From Basidiobolus meristosporus CBS 931.73 (taxonomy: Eukaryota > Fungi > Basidiobolomycota): DNA of 51,964 nucleotides. A program made the position numbers and the translations under genes. Location of the stretch: the NCBI GenBank assembly GCA_002104905.1, contig MCFE01000622.1, positions 1 to 51,964 on the forward strand. The letters are read 5' to 3'. Below are positions 12,318 through 22,850 of the stretch, one piece after another; the first letter of the stretch is position 1; each line of letters opens with the position of its first letter. Under the pieces are notes generated by a model, which saw only the letters and a program-made list of their open reading frames with translations, made no database searches and was not told where the DNA came from.

Positions 12318-13368
12318 TTATCGGCTTTACGATCCCAGTGTATCGTACCTAACCATGATACATATAATCTTATTGCCTATTGAAAGCTGTGCCACTTTAG
12401 CTTATTTCTTTATATTCTAAGAGTTGACTCCACCTCGGTTCATAAAGGTGTGTCTGTTTGCTATTTATCATAACAGCTGGCAAGATATCACAGGGTTGTG
12501 TTGTACAATCTCTCAAAGTACGACCTACTATGTGGATATTCCAATACGAAGTAGTACATTAGATGCCATTAGATTCATGATACAGGTTGAGAAGCCTAAA
12601 TCATCTAGTATAAACCAGAGTTGCAAGCGGATGTAAGTTACATGAACAAAACAATTGGACATGAGTTATCCGAAATACATAAACCGGGTACCAATCAGAT
12701 GGGATTATATGAAACCAGGCTCAAGAGTTTAATCCCAGATTGTCAACGTGCCACCCGCATGGTTCTGGTTAACCCCGAGTGATAATCAATGCCATTCATA
12801 GAAGGCAAATGTTAGCCCATTAAAGAATAGTCGATATCATCCACATGGAGGAATGCACTGATAAAATCGTATTAGGCTTTATCACGTATAGAATTTCTCT
12901 CACGTATTAGTTGGATACATGTATTGTCATTATGAAATACGCGAGATTCTTTCATCATCCACATCATAACTCCATACATTCGTCTCCCATATTGTGCAAT
13001 ACCTGGGTGTATACGTCACTTGAATTTGTCACGGTAAAATTTTATTATTTTCCCCCATACGAATTTTACAGGGCAAGGTGCCATCAATCCCATACTTCAG
13101 AAGGTAAACGTTTAGCCTTGTGAGAATATTCAATAGCATCCAAGTCAAAGTATCCACCGATAATATTGTATTCAGAACAAACGATGATTGATAGCAACTA
13201 AATCTAGGAATATACGGATAAAATCACTTTTGAATTCAGCAGGTACACCATATGGTTAATATCATTCGTTGCTTTGTACATAATTCTACCCACTCCCGCA
13301 TTCACTATCCAATGTCCATCATACTTTTAATACATTTTATTGTTTTGGCAGCTGCCAATTTTACCAAA

Positions 13369-13660
13369 ATGCAAGAATATGAAGAGCTAGACTATGATTT
13401 TTACGGCACTATATTTGCAGTGTTACTCGGACTTTCCTTGTCTTTGAGTCTAATATTCTTGAACAAACTTTTCAAGAGACCCGATGCTTTCAAAATACTA
13501 AATTATCGTCTAATAATAAGAATAATAATCCTGATAAGCGAGTCGCTTTCACACAGAGCAATCTCTCTCTTGCTATGGCATATTCATTAGCCGGAGTCCG
13601 ACACTATATCACGCAGCTTGTAGGAATCGACTTGGCCAAAACTGACAACAAATCTTTATT
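13369..13660 (+). pseudogene. 5' fragment of a family copy
   Basis: DYDFYGTIFAVLLGLSLSL, a frameshift, then AGVRHYITQLVGIDLAKTDNKSL, then abrupt truncation. Confidence 0.7.
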
Positions 13661-13888
13661 GAGTCAGATCTCCACCGGTAGGACTTGCTTTTGACTTCCT
13701 CGTATTGACTCCATTACTATAGGTGTCAGACTCAATTTAATCCGTGCTGGAGACATAATCATCTCCTTCCACAGCGACAAACACAGGGCCCTTATATAAG
13801 AAGGTTTTACATAACAGAGGGGGAAAGATAAGCGTGTTCATTAGAAACATGATCCCATTTGCTCCATTTGCTCCAGGTATGTAGTCTT
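13657..13888 (-). pseudogene. Internal fragment of a family copy, inverted
   Basis: Minus strand reads DYIPGANGANGIMFLMNTLIFPPLLCKTFLYKGPVFVAVEGDDYVSSTD*IESDT...GDLTQ*. Confidence 0.75.
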
Positions 13889-13902
13889 AGTACTGACAAG
13901 CC

Positions 13903-14053
13903 TTTTATTAGTTGCACATACAACATGCTGAAATTCCCTACAAGTCCATATCAACATCCATGTGGGCCACGGCGCATTTCTAATAGATTTGAATTTAACA
14001 GATGGGATATGGTAGATGATGAGCAAGATGATATGTATATATATATATATATT

Positions 14054-14100
<47 letters not shown>

Positions 14101-14268
14101 CATAATGAAAATGAGAGAATACAGCCATTGCTAAACTTGGCAAATCCTAATCCATTTTCTCGTTATGCTTGTCACCTATCCACCAGGACCATGTCATGCA
14201 GAAAGAATAATTATGCATCAATTTCAGAAGCAAATAGCCAAGCGAGAGCATCATCGATGCCCTCCAAC
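13903..14268. repeat. Left inverted repeat (IR-L): 3' tail and 3' flank of copy G, with (TA)n and (TG)~20 microsatellite
   Basis: Reverse complement of 17174-17520. About 100 bp (14097-14200) is identical. Confidence 0.92.
14036..14096. repeat. Compound microsatellite (TA)n-(TG)~20
   Basis: Directly visible; a shorter (CA)n partner lies at ~17346-17368. Confidence 0.95.
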
Positions 14269-15280
14269 GACGAATTATTTCTTCATCTGAGGCAATGTAG
14301 CAAAGAATACAATACAGAACTGGTTCTGCAAGCAAACAGTACCAGTAAAATACCCCCAAACGAGTCGTTTGCTGCCATTTAGCTAGGGAACTTAATCCAA
14401 AGTATGCTAGATAAAATGGAATCATGTAGAGGAACGAACCCAGGAATCGTTGAATCCTATACCAAGTGAGCACCTTCTTTGGGTTTGGAACGTCTACCCC
14501 AGGGTGTTCTTTTGACCGAATCTCATTAAACATGAACTCTTCGTCCGGCTTAACTGAAGATTTACTCAAGCAAGGATCATCACCAGTTTTCAGAGTAATA
14601 AACACGGGCCCCTTGTATATGGAATTGTTATAGAAAAACGGAATAAACAACGCCGGACGCATTAGATCTATAGCATCCCGACATTCAGGTATGCAACCCA
14701 AGCTCATAAAGCCATGAACTATTACATAAGCTTCAAACAACCAGTAGGAAAGTACGCACAGACAGCCCAACTTCGAGAGATAATACAAGACTTTTGAATC
14801 GGGCAGATAATATACGGATATATCATTCTCTAGCAGCACGGGTATGTCTGCTTCCTTCACTTTTGTCAAATATGTATAATCTGTTGTTACGCGAATGCCT
14901 GGCTGATCGATTGGCGACAATTCAAGCATGTTGGATAGTCGAGATTTGGAATCTTCAATCACAATTTTTCCCGTATCGCTTTCTTGAGTGAGAGCACCAA
15001 CCCAGTAGGCAGTACCGTCGAGGGCTGAGCGAAGAATCACATCCATGGATCTTTGGTCTGCTTTGGTCAACTTACTACTCATGAGCTGTGTAATATACCT
15101 TCGGACTACGGTCGCTGGATTTAGGGTAACTAGATCAATGCATTCTCTAAACGTGTAATACCGTGTAGTGGCGATATTAAACCTGACAACAGGACTGCAA
15201 AGCCACAAAAAGTACGAAATAAAGATGGCAGAAGATCTTAACACAGTATTTGTAGTGCCGTTCAGTTGTAATTCAATCAT
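14147..15280 (-). CDS. Uncharacterised multi-pass membrane protein, copy G (~377 aa), inverted
   Basis: RRYITQLMS, SIYKGPVF, WYRIQRFLGSFLYM, LAEPVLYC. ATG 15280 (MIELQLNGT) chosen from the TATA box at ~15325 and the family N-terminus. Confidence 0.82.
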   Translation of the reverse strand: MIELQLNGTTNTVLRSSAIFISYFLWLCSPVVRFNIATTRYYTFRECIDLVTLNPATVVRRYITQLMSSKLTKADQRSMDVILRSALDGTAYWVGALTQESDTGKIVIEDSKSRLSNMLELSPIDQPGIRVTTDYTYLTKVKEADIPVLLENDISVYYLPDSKVLYYLSKLGCLCVLSYWLFEAYVIVHGFMSLGCIPECRDAIDLMRPALFIPFFYNNSIYKGPVFITLKTGDDPCLSKSSVKPDEEFMFNEIRSKEHPGVDVPNPKKVLTWYRIQRFLGSFLYMIPFYLAYFGLSSLAKWQQTTRLGVFYWYCLLAEPVLYCILCYIASDEEIIRRWRASMMLSLGYLLLKLMHNYSFCMTWSWWIGDKHNEKMD

Positions 15281-15610
15281 TAGTAAGGACTGATGTCCAA
15301 CAAACTGCCATGAAGTCGGCCTTATATACATCGATTTCCTACCACCTGTTACATTTCCGTGTCTGGATTTGGATATAGGTGAGCCACACGATTAACCCAT
15401 TTCCATCCACCCATTCCTGAGTCTCAACTGAAAAAACATTCCCTGATAGTCGAAATCTCACATATCCAATTACGCAATTCGTGAGCCTTACCGCTGCCAA
15501 TGTATTACTACAGGCTTTACGAATTTATACTCATATCTGAGTGGAGCGGCGAATATTGTTATTGCAACGGACCACACTCTGTACGCCAATTTTTGAGACA
15601 CTTTAATGTC

Positions 15611-16771
15611 TTATATAAATAAAGCATTTGTAATAGACAAAACAAAACAGTATATCGGAGTGAGGGTATTCTCAAATATCGAGAGTACTTTCAACAGCTT
15701 GGGATGACGAATGACTACTTGACCTAATAGTATGAAACATGCAAGGCAATGCATTACTGGCTCCGCAAGTTTACAGAATGCGATACTAGCATTAAACCAA
15801 TAAATAAACTTAGATAATCGCGGCCCCAGAGCTATAGGAACAGTGTCAGTATCCATAGTAGCTAGTGCGGCTATTGCAAAGTATACTGCATAATACAATA
15901 ACATATAGATGAGTGAGCCTACAACTCGTTGAATCCTATAGCGGAAGAGTAACTTCTGGTGAGTTGAATTGATAATATCAGAGCTTGATTTTGCCTTCCA
16001 CACATCGAGTCCATTGCTCTTGATATCAGACCCGATGTAATCCTTACTGAATGGGCCATCATCACCTTTCACATCGACAAACACAGGGCCCTTGCATAAT
16101 GAGGTTTTACACAGAAGGGGGATAAACAACCCTGGTAATATTACGTGTCTGATAAGTTTAGCACCAGGTATGTATCCAAGGCTCCTCAGGCTTTGTGTAG
16201 CTGCACAAATGCTATATATCCACAGAGAAGCTACGCACAGTGAGCCTATACTTCCCAAGTAGGTGATAACCTTGGATTCTGGTATGCGATACACCGATAG
16301 ATTACTGCTTAGTATCAGGGGTACATCTTCTTCTTTCATCCTCGTCAAATATCTCGAGTTTATGGTCACGCCAGTTGCAGATTGATCAACCGCTGATAAG
16401 ACAAGCTTCTTGGATGCTTTTGGTTCACCTTTGACTTCCTCAGTGCCATCTGCAATGTCTGTGCTGCTATTTAGCGCCTGAGGATCAATCAAGTAGGCAT
16501 TGCCATCGAAGACGGACTGAACCACCATTCCCCTGATTTTCTGGTCAGTTTTGACCAAATCAAATCCCACAAGCTGTGTGATGAAATGCCGCACTCCAAG
16601 TACTGGAAATTGAATAGCTGAACGGTAATTGATATGGGAGATAATTTGACGCTCATCTATCTTGAAACTTGCACGTTTCAATACAAGAAAGTAGATGATC
16701 AACAGGTTGAGACATAGTGGGAGTAGAAGTAACACTCCAAATGTAGTTTCATCCAGACCGTAGCTCATCAT
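15611..16771 (-). CDS. Uncharacterised multi-pass membrane protein, copy H (386 aa), inverted
   Basis: Intact ORF with all motifs; TATA box at ~16815 and upstream element at 16868-16935 on the minus strand. Confidence 0.85.
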   Translation of the reverse strand: MMSYGLDETTFGVLLLLPLCLNLLIIYFLVLKRASFKIDERQIISHINYRSAIQFPVLGVRHFITQLVGFDLVKTDQKIRGMVVQSVFDGNAYLIDPQALNSSTDIADGTEEVKGEPKASKKLVLSAVDQSATGVTINSRYLTRMKEEDVPLILSSNLSVYRIPESKVITYLGSIGSLCVASLWIYSICAATQSLRSLGYIPGAKLIRHVILPGLFIPLLCKTSLCKGPVFVDVKGDDGPFSKDYIGSDIKSNGLDVWKAKSSSDIINSTHQKLLFRYRIQRVVGSLIYMLLYYAVYFAIAALATMDTDTVPIALGPRLSKFIYWFNASIAFCKLAEPVMHCLACFILLGQVVIRHPKLLKVLSIFENTLTPIYCFVLSITNALFI

Positions 16772-17173
16772 GATAAGAGTTGGAGTTCAATACAAAAGCA
16801 ATTGTGTGGGTGCTTTTATATTCAGATTCCATTATCCGTAACTGCTGAAATCGAATACGATTTTTTCCGTGGATGCTTTGATTTGGATGATTTCGAATAT
16901 ACTACAATGGGTAAACATTTACTTCCCTGGAATATGGCGATATCCACATTTCAAGGTGGTGATTGTTGATGATGCTATATCAATGTTTTCCGCAAAATGC
17001 AGGACAACTTATAAGGGGACCCAGATATTGTTGAGCTCACTATCAAGTGTGCGGTTTATGATGACATTCAAATAGCAACTTGGCGTCATAACAATATTTT
17101 TTGCGAAATATAGAACAATACAGGGGGATTTTGTAGAAAGCCCATAAATTGCTTAACTCGATATTGAGTGTGT

Positions 17174-17520
17174 GTTGGAGGACATCAATGATGCACTCGC
17201 TTGGCTATGTGTTTCTGAAATTGATACATAATTCTACTTTCTTCATGACATGGTCCTGGTGGATAGGTGACAAGCATAACGAGAAAATGGATTAGGATTT
17301 GCCAAGTTTAGCAATGGCTGTATTCTCTCATTTTCATTATGATTTACACACACACACACACACACACATAAATATATATACATATACATATCATCTTGCT
17401 CATCATCTACCATATCCCATCCGTTAAATTCAAATCTATTAGAAATGCGCTTTAGCCCACATGGATGTTGATATGGACTTGTAGGGTATTTCAGCATGTT
17501 GTATGTGCAGCTAATAAACA
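17174..17520. repeat. Right inverted repeat (IR-R), carrying an in-frame alternative C-terminal tail of copy G
   Basis: Plus strand 17175-17295 reads WRTSMMHSLGYVFLKLIHNSTFFMTWSWWIGDKHNEKMD*, versus the G tail WRASMMLSLGYLLLKLMHNYSFCMTWSWWIGDKHNEKMD*. Confidence 0.92.
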
Positions 17521-18382
17521 GCCTACCAGTGTTGTGTTGCGAGTAGTAGGATGTTAACTTTCAAAATAACACAACGGCCTTAACTAAGGAATGTATCCTG
17601 TTTGCAGCATGATATAGCTCGCCTTTACACGTCACAATCGAATTGAAGCTGAATAGCGTAGCAGGTTTTTTTTGCCATAGTTTTCTACGACCACTTACAT
17701 TGTGCTATAGTTTAGAGGCTTTTGAAACTTGCAATACCAATGATGTGGTCAACTTAACCCAAACGGGATGTGCATCCGATGCAATGATCAGTAAGCTATG
17801 GGTTCGCAATTGTTCATTATCTGAAGGGATATAGCATACTTGAGACAAGCCACATTGGCTACATTAGAGGTTGATGCCGAATCCACAAATTAGAATAGAT
17901 AGATAACCTCACCTTGATTGTATTATACTCTATGGAAGTTGTTACGATGTATAATATACATTCACTTGTTAACCGCTCAACTCCTGAACTCTCTTTTAAA
18001 TTGTTCTGCATTTTGGAGAATATATTATTGTAGCATCATCGACAATCACCATTTTGCCATGTGAACATGGCTGTGTTAGACAAATCAATATAGCAGATTG
18101 CGAAAATAGAGTTCGTTGGTCCACCGCATGACTTTGGTAAGCTTCGTGAACTGCTCAATCAATGCCACATTCCAGGGAGGTAAACATTCAACCTTTGAAG
18201 AACATCCGATATCATCCAAATCTAAGAATCCACGGTTAATATTGTATTCGCCTTGAACGGGTATGGAACGCTTGCCAGCTGGTGTGTAGGTGCTTAACTA
18301 AATTTCATATAAATCCCCTGGAATTGAACTAGCAAAGCCCTCAAATAACCACTTTCGTAGTTAACTCCAGCCTTACGTGATT

Positions 18383-18930
18383 ATGTTCGACTATCGTCTG
18401 GACGACACTGCATTTGGAGTGTTGTTTCTACTCTCAGGATCCATTAGCAAAAGCATCCAAGAAGCTTGTCTTATCAGCGGTTGATCAATCTGCAACTGGC
18501 ATGACCATAAACTCGAGATATTTGACGAGGATGAAAGAAGATGTACCCCTGATACTAAGCAGTAATCTATCGGTGTATCGCATACCAGAATCCAAGGTTA
18601 TCACCTACTTGGGAAGTATAGGCTCACTGTGCGTAGCTTCTCTGTGGATATATAGCATTTGTGCAGCTACGCAAAGCCTGAGGAGCCTTGGATACATACC
18701 TGGAACTAGCATGATCGAGTTTCAAAAGGGCCCGGTGCTCTATTATCCATTTCTGTGAAAAACCTCATTATACAAGGGCACCATTTTTGTCAATGTGAAA
18801 GTTGGTAATTATTCCCCCAGAAGGGATTACTTTGAGCCTGACACGATATTCGAGAACATCCTCATACTGATGCATGCTATATTTTTACCTGCTACAAATA
18901 TGATTATGACAAGCCATCAAGATGCTTCAA
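18383..18930 (+). pseudogene. Array copy I, chimeric with two internal deletions
   Basis: Promoter 18110-18380 matches 9165-9435. Relative to copy E it lacks ~9502-9777 and ~10178-10519, and it contains copy-H-like patches. End approximate. Confidence 0.85.
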
Positions 18931-19400
18931 AAATTGGCTTACAAAGTGTGGTCTGTTGTGTTGCAATCGCAATATTCGCAGTTCCACTTAGATAGGAGTG
19001 TATTGATCTAATCTCCATATAGTAGATATAGAGAGAATTGATGATACTTGTGACTTCGGAACTTCTCACGTCTGAGAGTTCGCCTGGATACTCATTTAAT
19101 AATCGGTCAAGCTTATTTGTAAAAGGTTACATTATGCTACTCCAGTTATATATCAGTAGTATTCATGGATATGAATATGGGGTTATAAGGATTATCCAAG
19201 TGGTCCTGGTAGGATCCAACAAAAGATCTATCAATGCCGTTTTTAGAACGGTAAAGGTATAGCCGTCAAAGAACATCCGATACCATCCTTTAACGATGAT
19301 ATATAGAATCAGCAAGCACGCCATATGATTGCTGTGCTAAGGATAGGATATAAACCACTCATACGCCATTCTTGTGTACCATTTCCAGCACTTATTCATT

Positions 19401-20534
19401 ATGGTCGACCTGGGGCTAAATGGAACTGCATTTGCAGCGCATTCTATTCTTGTTTTGCTCTTAACCTCGATACTTCACGCCATCCATTTAGACAAACGTA
19501 TTGTGATGGCAATGACATATTTATCCAGCCGGCCTATGGATTCTACCATTAGCGACTACGCTCTAGCTATTCGGTATCCATTATGTGCAGTCCGATACTA
19601 CATCACCCAACTAGTGGATATTGATCTGATTAAAACCAGCCGGAAGCCCTTGAAAATAGTGATGCAGTCTATTTTTGAGGGTAGTGCTATCTGGGTTAAC
19701 CCCCTCGCACTTCGTGGCATAAAAAGTGTTGCAAGTAGTCATGAGATAGACGATCGTGAGCCAAAATTTTACAAGAAGCGTACCCTCTCGCTGATAGTTC
19801 GACCAGATAATCGCATAACAATAAAACACGGACCATGGGAGCAGGTAAATGCCGGATCCGTATCTTTACTAGTGGAAAGCAAGCTGTCAGCGAGTCATAT
19901 GCTGGAAACGAAGCTCACCTATTACCTGAGACGTATAGGTTGTCTGTGTGTTACTTCATACCTGATACATGGCATCTATGCAATTATTCAAAGCTTAAGG
20001 AACTTTGGCTATATACCTGGGGCTCACAAGATCATGGGTTTGATATCGCCGTTTCTTTTTGTTCCTTTTCTATGCAATACATCAGTATTCCAGGCCCCTG
20101 TTCTCGTTACGGTGGAAGTCGATGACTGCTCCGTGCACAATCAGGGTCAAGGATCCAATTCAAGCAAGACAGAAGAAAGCTCCAAAATGGATAGCTCAAC
20201 TCAACGGGCGATGCTCATCCGCTATAGGATCCAACAACTCGTGGGCTCGCTACTCTTCATGTCCCTGTACTATGCAGTATTCTCGCTAACCTTATCATTA
20301 TCTGCTATGGATAATGATTCTGACGCAATAAGTCATGTACTTTACTATTATTTAATGCTTGGCAGATTCAGTAAGATTGCGGAGCCAATGGTCCACTGCT
20401 TTTTATGCTTCATTTTATTAGGACAAGCAGTCTTACATCAAGGACAACTATTACAAGTACTCTCAATGTGTAAGTATGTCCTAATAAGGATACATACTAT
20501 TGTTTTGTTCGGGGCATACTTTGCCCTTCTTTAA
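19401..20534 (+). CDS. Uncharacterised multi-pass membrane protein, copy J (~377 aa)
   Basis: RYYITQLVDIDLIKT, QSIFEGSA, RYRIQQLVGSL, IAEPMVHC. ATG 19401 (MVDLGLNGT) follows the TATA box at ~19349. Confidence 0.85.
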   Translation: MVDLGLNGTAFAAHSILVLLLTSILHAIHLDKRIVMAMTYLSSRPMDSTISDYALAIRYPLCAVRYYITQLVDIDLIKTSRKPLKIVMQSIFEGSAIWVNPLALRGIKSVASSHEIDDREPKFYKKRTLSLIVRPDNRITIKHGPWEQVNAGSVSLLVESKLSASHMLETKLTYYLRRIGCLCVTSYLIHGIYAIIQSLRNFGYIPGAHKIMGLISPFLFVPFLCNTSVFQAPVLVTVEVDDCSVHNQGQGSNSSKTEESSKMDSSTQRAMLIRYRIQQLVGSLLFMSLYYAVFSLTLSLSAMDNDSDAISHVLYYYLMLGRFSKIAEPMVHCFLCFILLGQAVLHQGQLLQVLSMCKYVLIRIHTIVLFGAYFALL

Positions 20535-21669
20535 AATATTAAATGATTCCAATATTTCTGAACATCCCAGTCTCCTGCGTGGTTAACTGTAATCGAATAC
20601 CTGTTGGTAGATATTGTGGAATGGTCATAATGAATTTGTCTATCTGAGTAGAACACAACAGGAATGTCATTTAATATGATCGATGTTCGGCTAACCTTGT
20701 TTCTACATCATAGGAAATGCTGCGAATACTCAGATCAGAACAACCTCTAGTGTCCCATTTGGTATTCAATAACTTTCTTAAAGAGAGCTAAAAGGGGAAG
20801 GTATGGTTGACCACTACATAAGCCCTTGCCAATAGGGATTTTAGTAGTGAGTTCCGTTAAGGCTATCACCACCTTCGATATTCCGAGTAAATTACCTGTT
20901 GGTTACTTTAGGACTATGTAAGCAAGCATTGATGAACTTCTCATCTGGATCGTCAATATCATATATTCATAAACTCAGGCGGCCAATTTAGACTATCTTG
21001 GTGTAACGTGCCTGCAAATATTAAAATACAGACTACCGGGAATATACTGTGATCTACCGGGATGCCAACATGGCACTGTATGGACATTAGAGTGGCTTGA
21101 TTAAAATGTGATTTGACCTCAGCATAATCAAATCACACAGGGAGTAATCCGTATGTATAAAATAATACCAGTTTGTGGGATATTAACTGATATTGATTCA
21201 CTTTTGTTATATGAAGAGACACTGCAACCTTCATCGAATCTTCCGGTCAGTAAAGGCTAAGGCATGTTGGGTTGAATCGCAGTATGCACATTTTTGTTGA
21301 CTATTTTGCCTAAAAGGTGGTAAGTGGACAGTATACTATTGTGAATGAAAGCTTACCCATGGTCTACAAATACCTTGATCTACACGATTAGCCTTTTATT
21401 GGATTCGAAAGTCTTGAAACTGTCAGTAACAACTTACAAGTGACTTACTATAGTGGGTTAGTGAGTAAATATATTAAATTTCAGTACAAACTTTACAAAT
21501 ATATAAGATAATTGTGATCAAGGTATGGAATTTGTGTAAATAATATCTAGCCTATTGAGTGTAGTCAAAGTATTGGACTTCATTCAGTACTTTCGTAATG
21601 TCTGAGTCAGAGTGTACCATATGCACTTCATTGAAGGTACATTTGCATTTACAGTTTATTTTGAATGTG

Positions 21670-22310
21670 TTGTAAAAATTTGTAATTGCACCTAAATATT
21701 CACCTAGCTTAGTCACTTAGATCATTACCTACAAATCTTTGAGAATTCTGAGCAAGTTCCTTGTTGGGATATACTTGGAATATTTTCACCAAAACACCAG
21801 GTACCCAGAACATGAAATTTCGATAAGTTGTCCAAACAGCCCCAAACTTTGCACACATGTACTTGAGACATTCCTAAACATATTCTGTGAGTTTTTTGCC
21901 AAGACCGTGTAAAAGTATAAATACTACTTTTCCATTCAATAAATCATTAAGTGAGAGCTGCTGTAATATTCTGAGGAGTATTGGAAGTGATGTGGAGAAC
22001 TAGAGGATTTACTTATTATTCACTTGTAGATTTATTGATCAAAACTACGGTATATATACTTTTGATAAAGTAGGGCAAATAAGCTGGTAAAGTTTGTTAA
22101 GGAAGCTCTCAAAAACAAGTGTGTAAAGTTTGGGGTTGTTTGGGCAACATTGAGAAAAGTCATAATCTGGGTACCTGATAATTTGGTGGAAATATTCTAA
22201 GTAAATCCCAACAAGATATTTGGTCAGGACAGAATGCTAATCACAGAATAAGATCTCTGTGACTAAGTTAGCATGAGTATTTAGGGGACAACTTAATAAT
22301 TACAACAAAA
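21670..22310. repeat. Degenerate palindrome / foldback (MITE-like), arms ~290 bp
   Basis: 21670-21960 is reverse-complementary to ~22020-22310 (for example ccaaacagccccaaactttgcacac versus gtgtgtaaagtttggggttgtttgg, and ttgttgggatatactt versus aagtaaatcccaacaa). Confidence 0.75.
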
Positions 22311-22659
22311 ACCACATAATCTACTTGCACTCCTTATCACTTCCAATATCTCCAAACTCCTACAACAAAATGTAGCGAGATATACTTGGAGTTTCAAGCT
22401 CAAATAGTTATTTGTCACAGTATCCAGTGTTAATCATCAATCAAAGCATATGCTTCATACATTGACAGTGTTGTGGAGGGATAGGAAATGATTTCAAAAA
22501 CCGGTAAAGGTTCCCACATAAAAATTTACTAGTTGCAAAAATAGTATTTATGCTTTACAGGCTTTGATAACATGAGCATGTAGAAAGTGTTCCAAGTGTC
22601 TTGGCAATATGGGGAGTGATTGGGAAAACAAGTCAATTATGAGGCATTCACTTAATGAT

Positions 22660-22850
22660 TTATCAAATGCAAATGCGGTATATATATTTCTACAAGGTCT
22701 TAGCAAAAAAACCCAATCGAATATGCCTGAAAGTTTCTCAAAAGCATGTTTGCGGTGTTAGGGGGCTTTTGGACTACCTTGAAAATTTTCATGTGCTGGG
22801 CACACGACATCTTGGTGAAAGTATTTGGTGTATATCCCAACAAGGAATAG
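22660..22850 (+). repeat. Third copy of the palindrome-arm repeat
   Basis: ggtcttagcaaaaaaac...ttttcatgtgctggg...ttggtgaaagtattt..gtatatcccaacaagg aligns to the arm sequence. Confidence 0.7.

Noticed and set aside
13841-14382. ORFs with HTHTHT/VCVCVC runs (13841-14143, 13859-14098, 14059-14382; also 17243-17497)
   Set aside because: Artefacts of reading through the (TG)n microsatellite and the inverted repeat.
1242-20289. Numerous 60-100 aa ORFs antisense or out of frame to array genes
   Set aside because: Shadow ORFs of real CDSs with no independent support.
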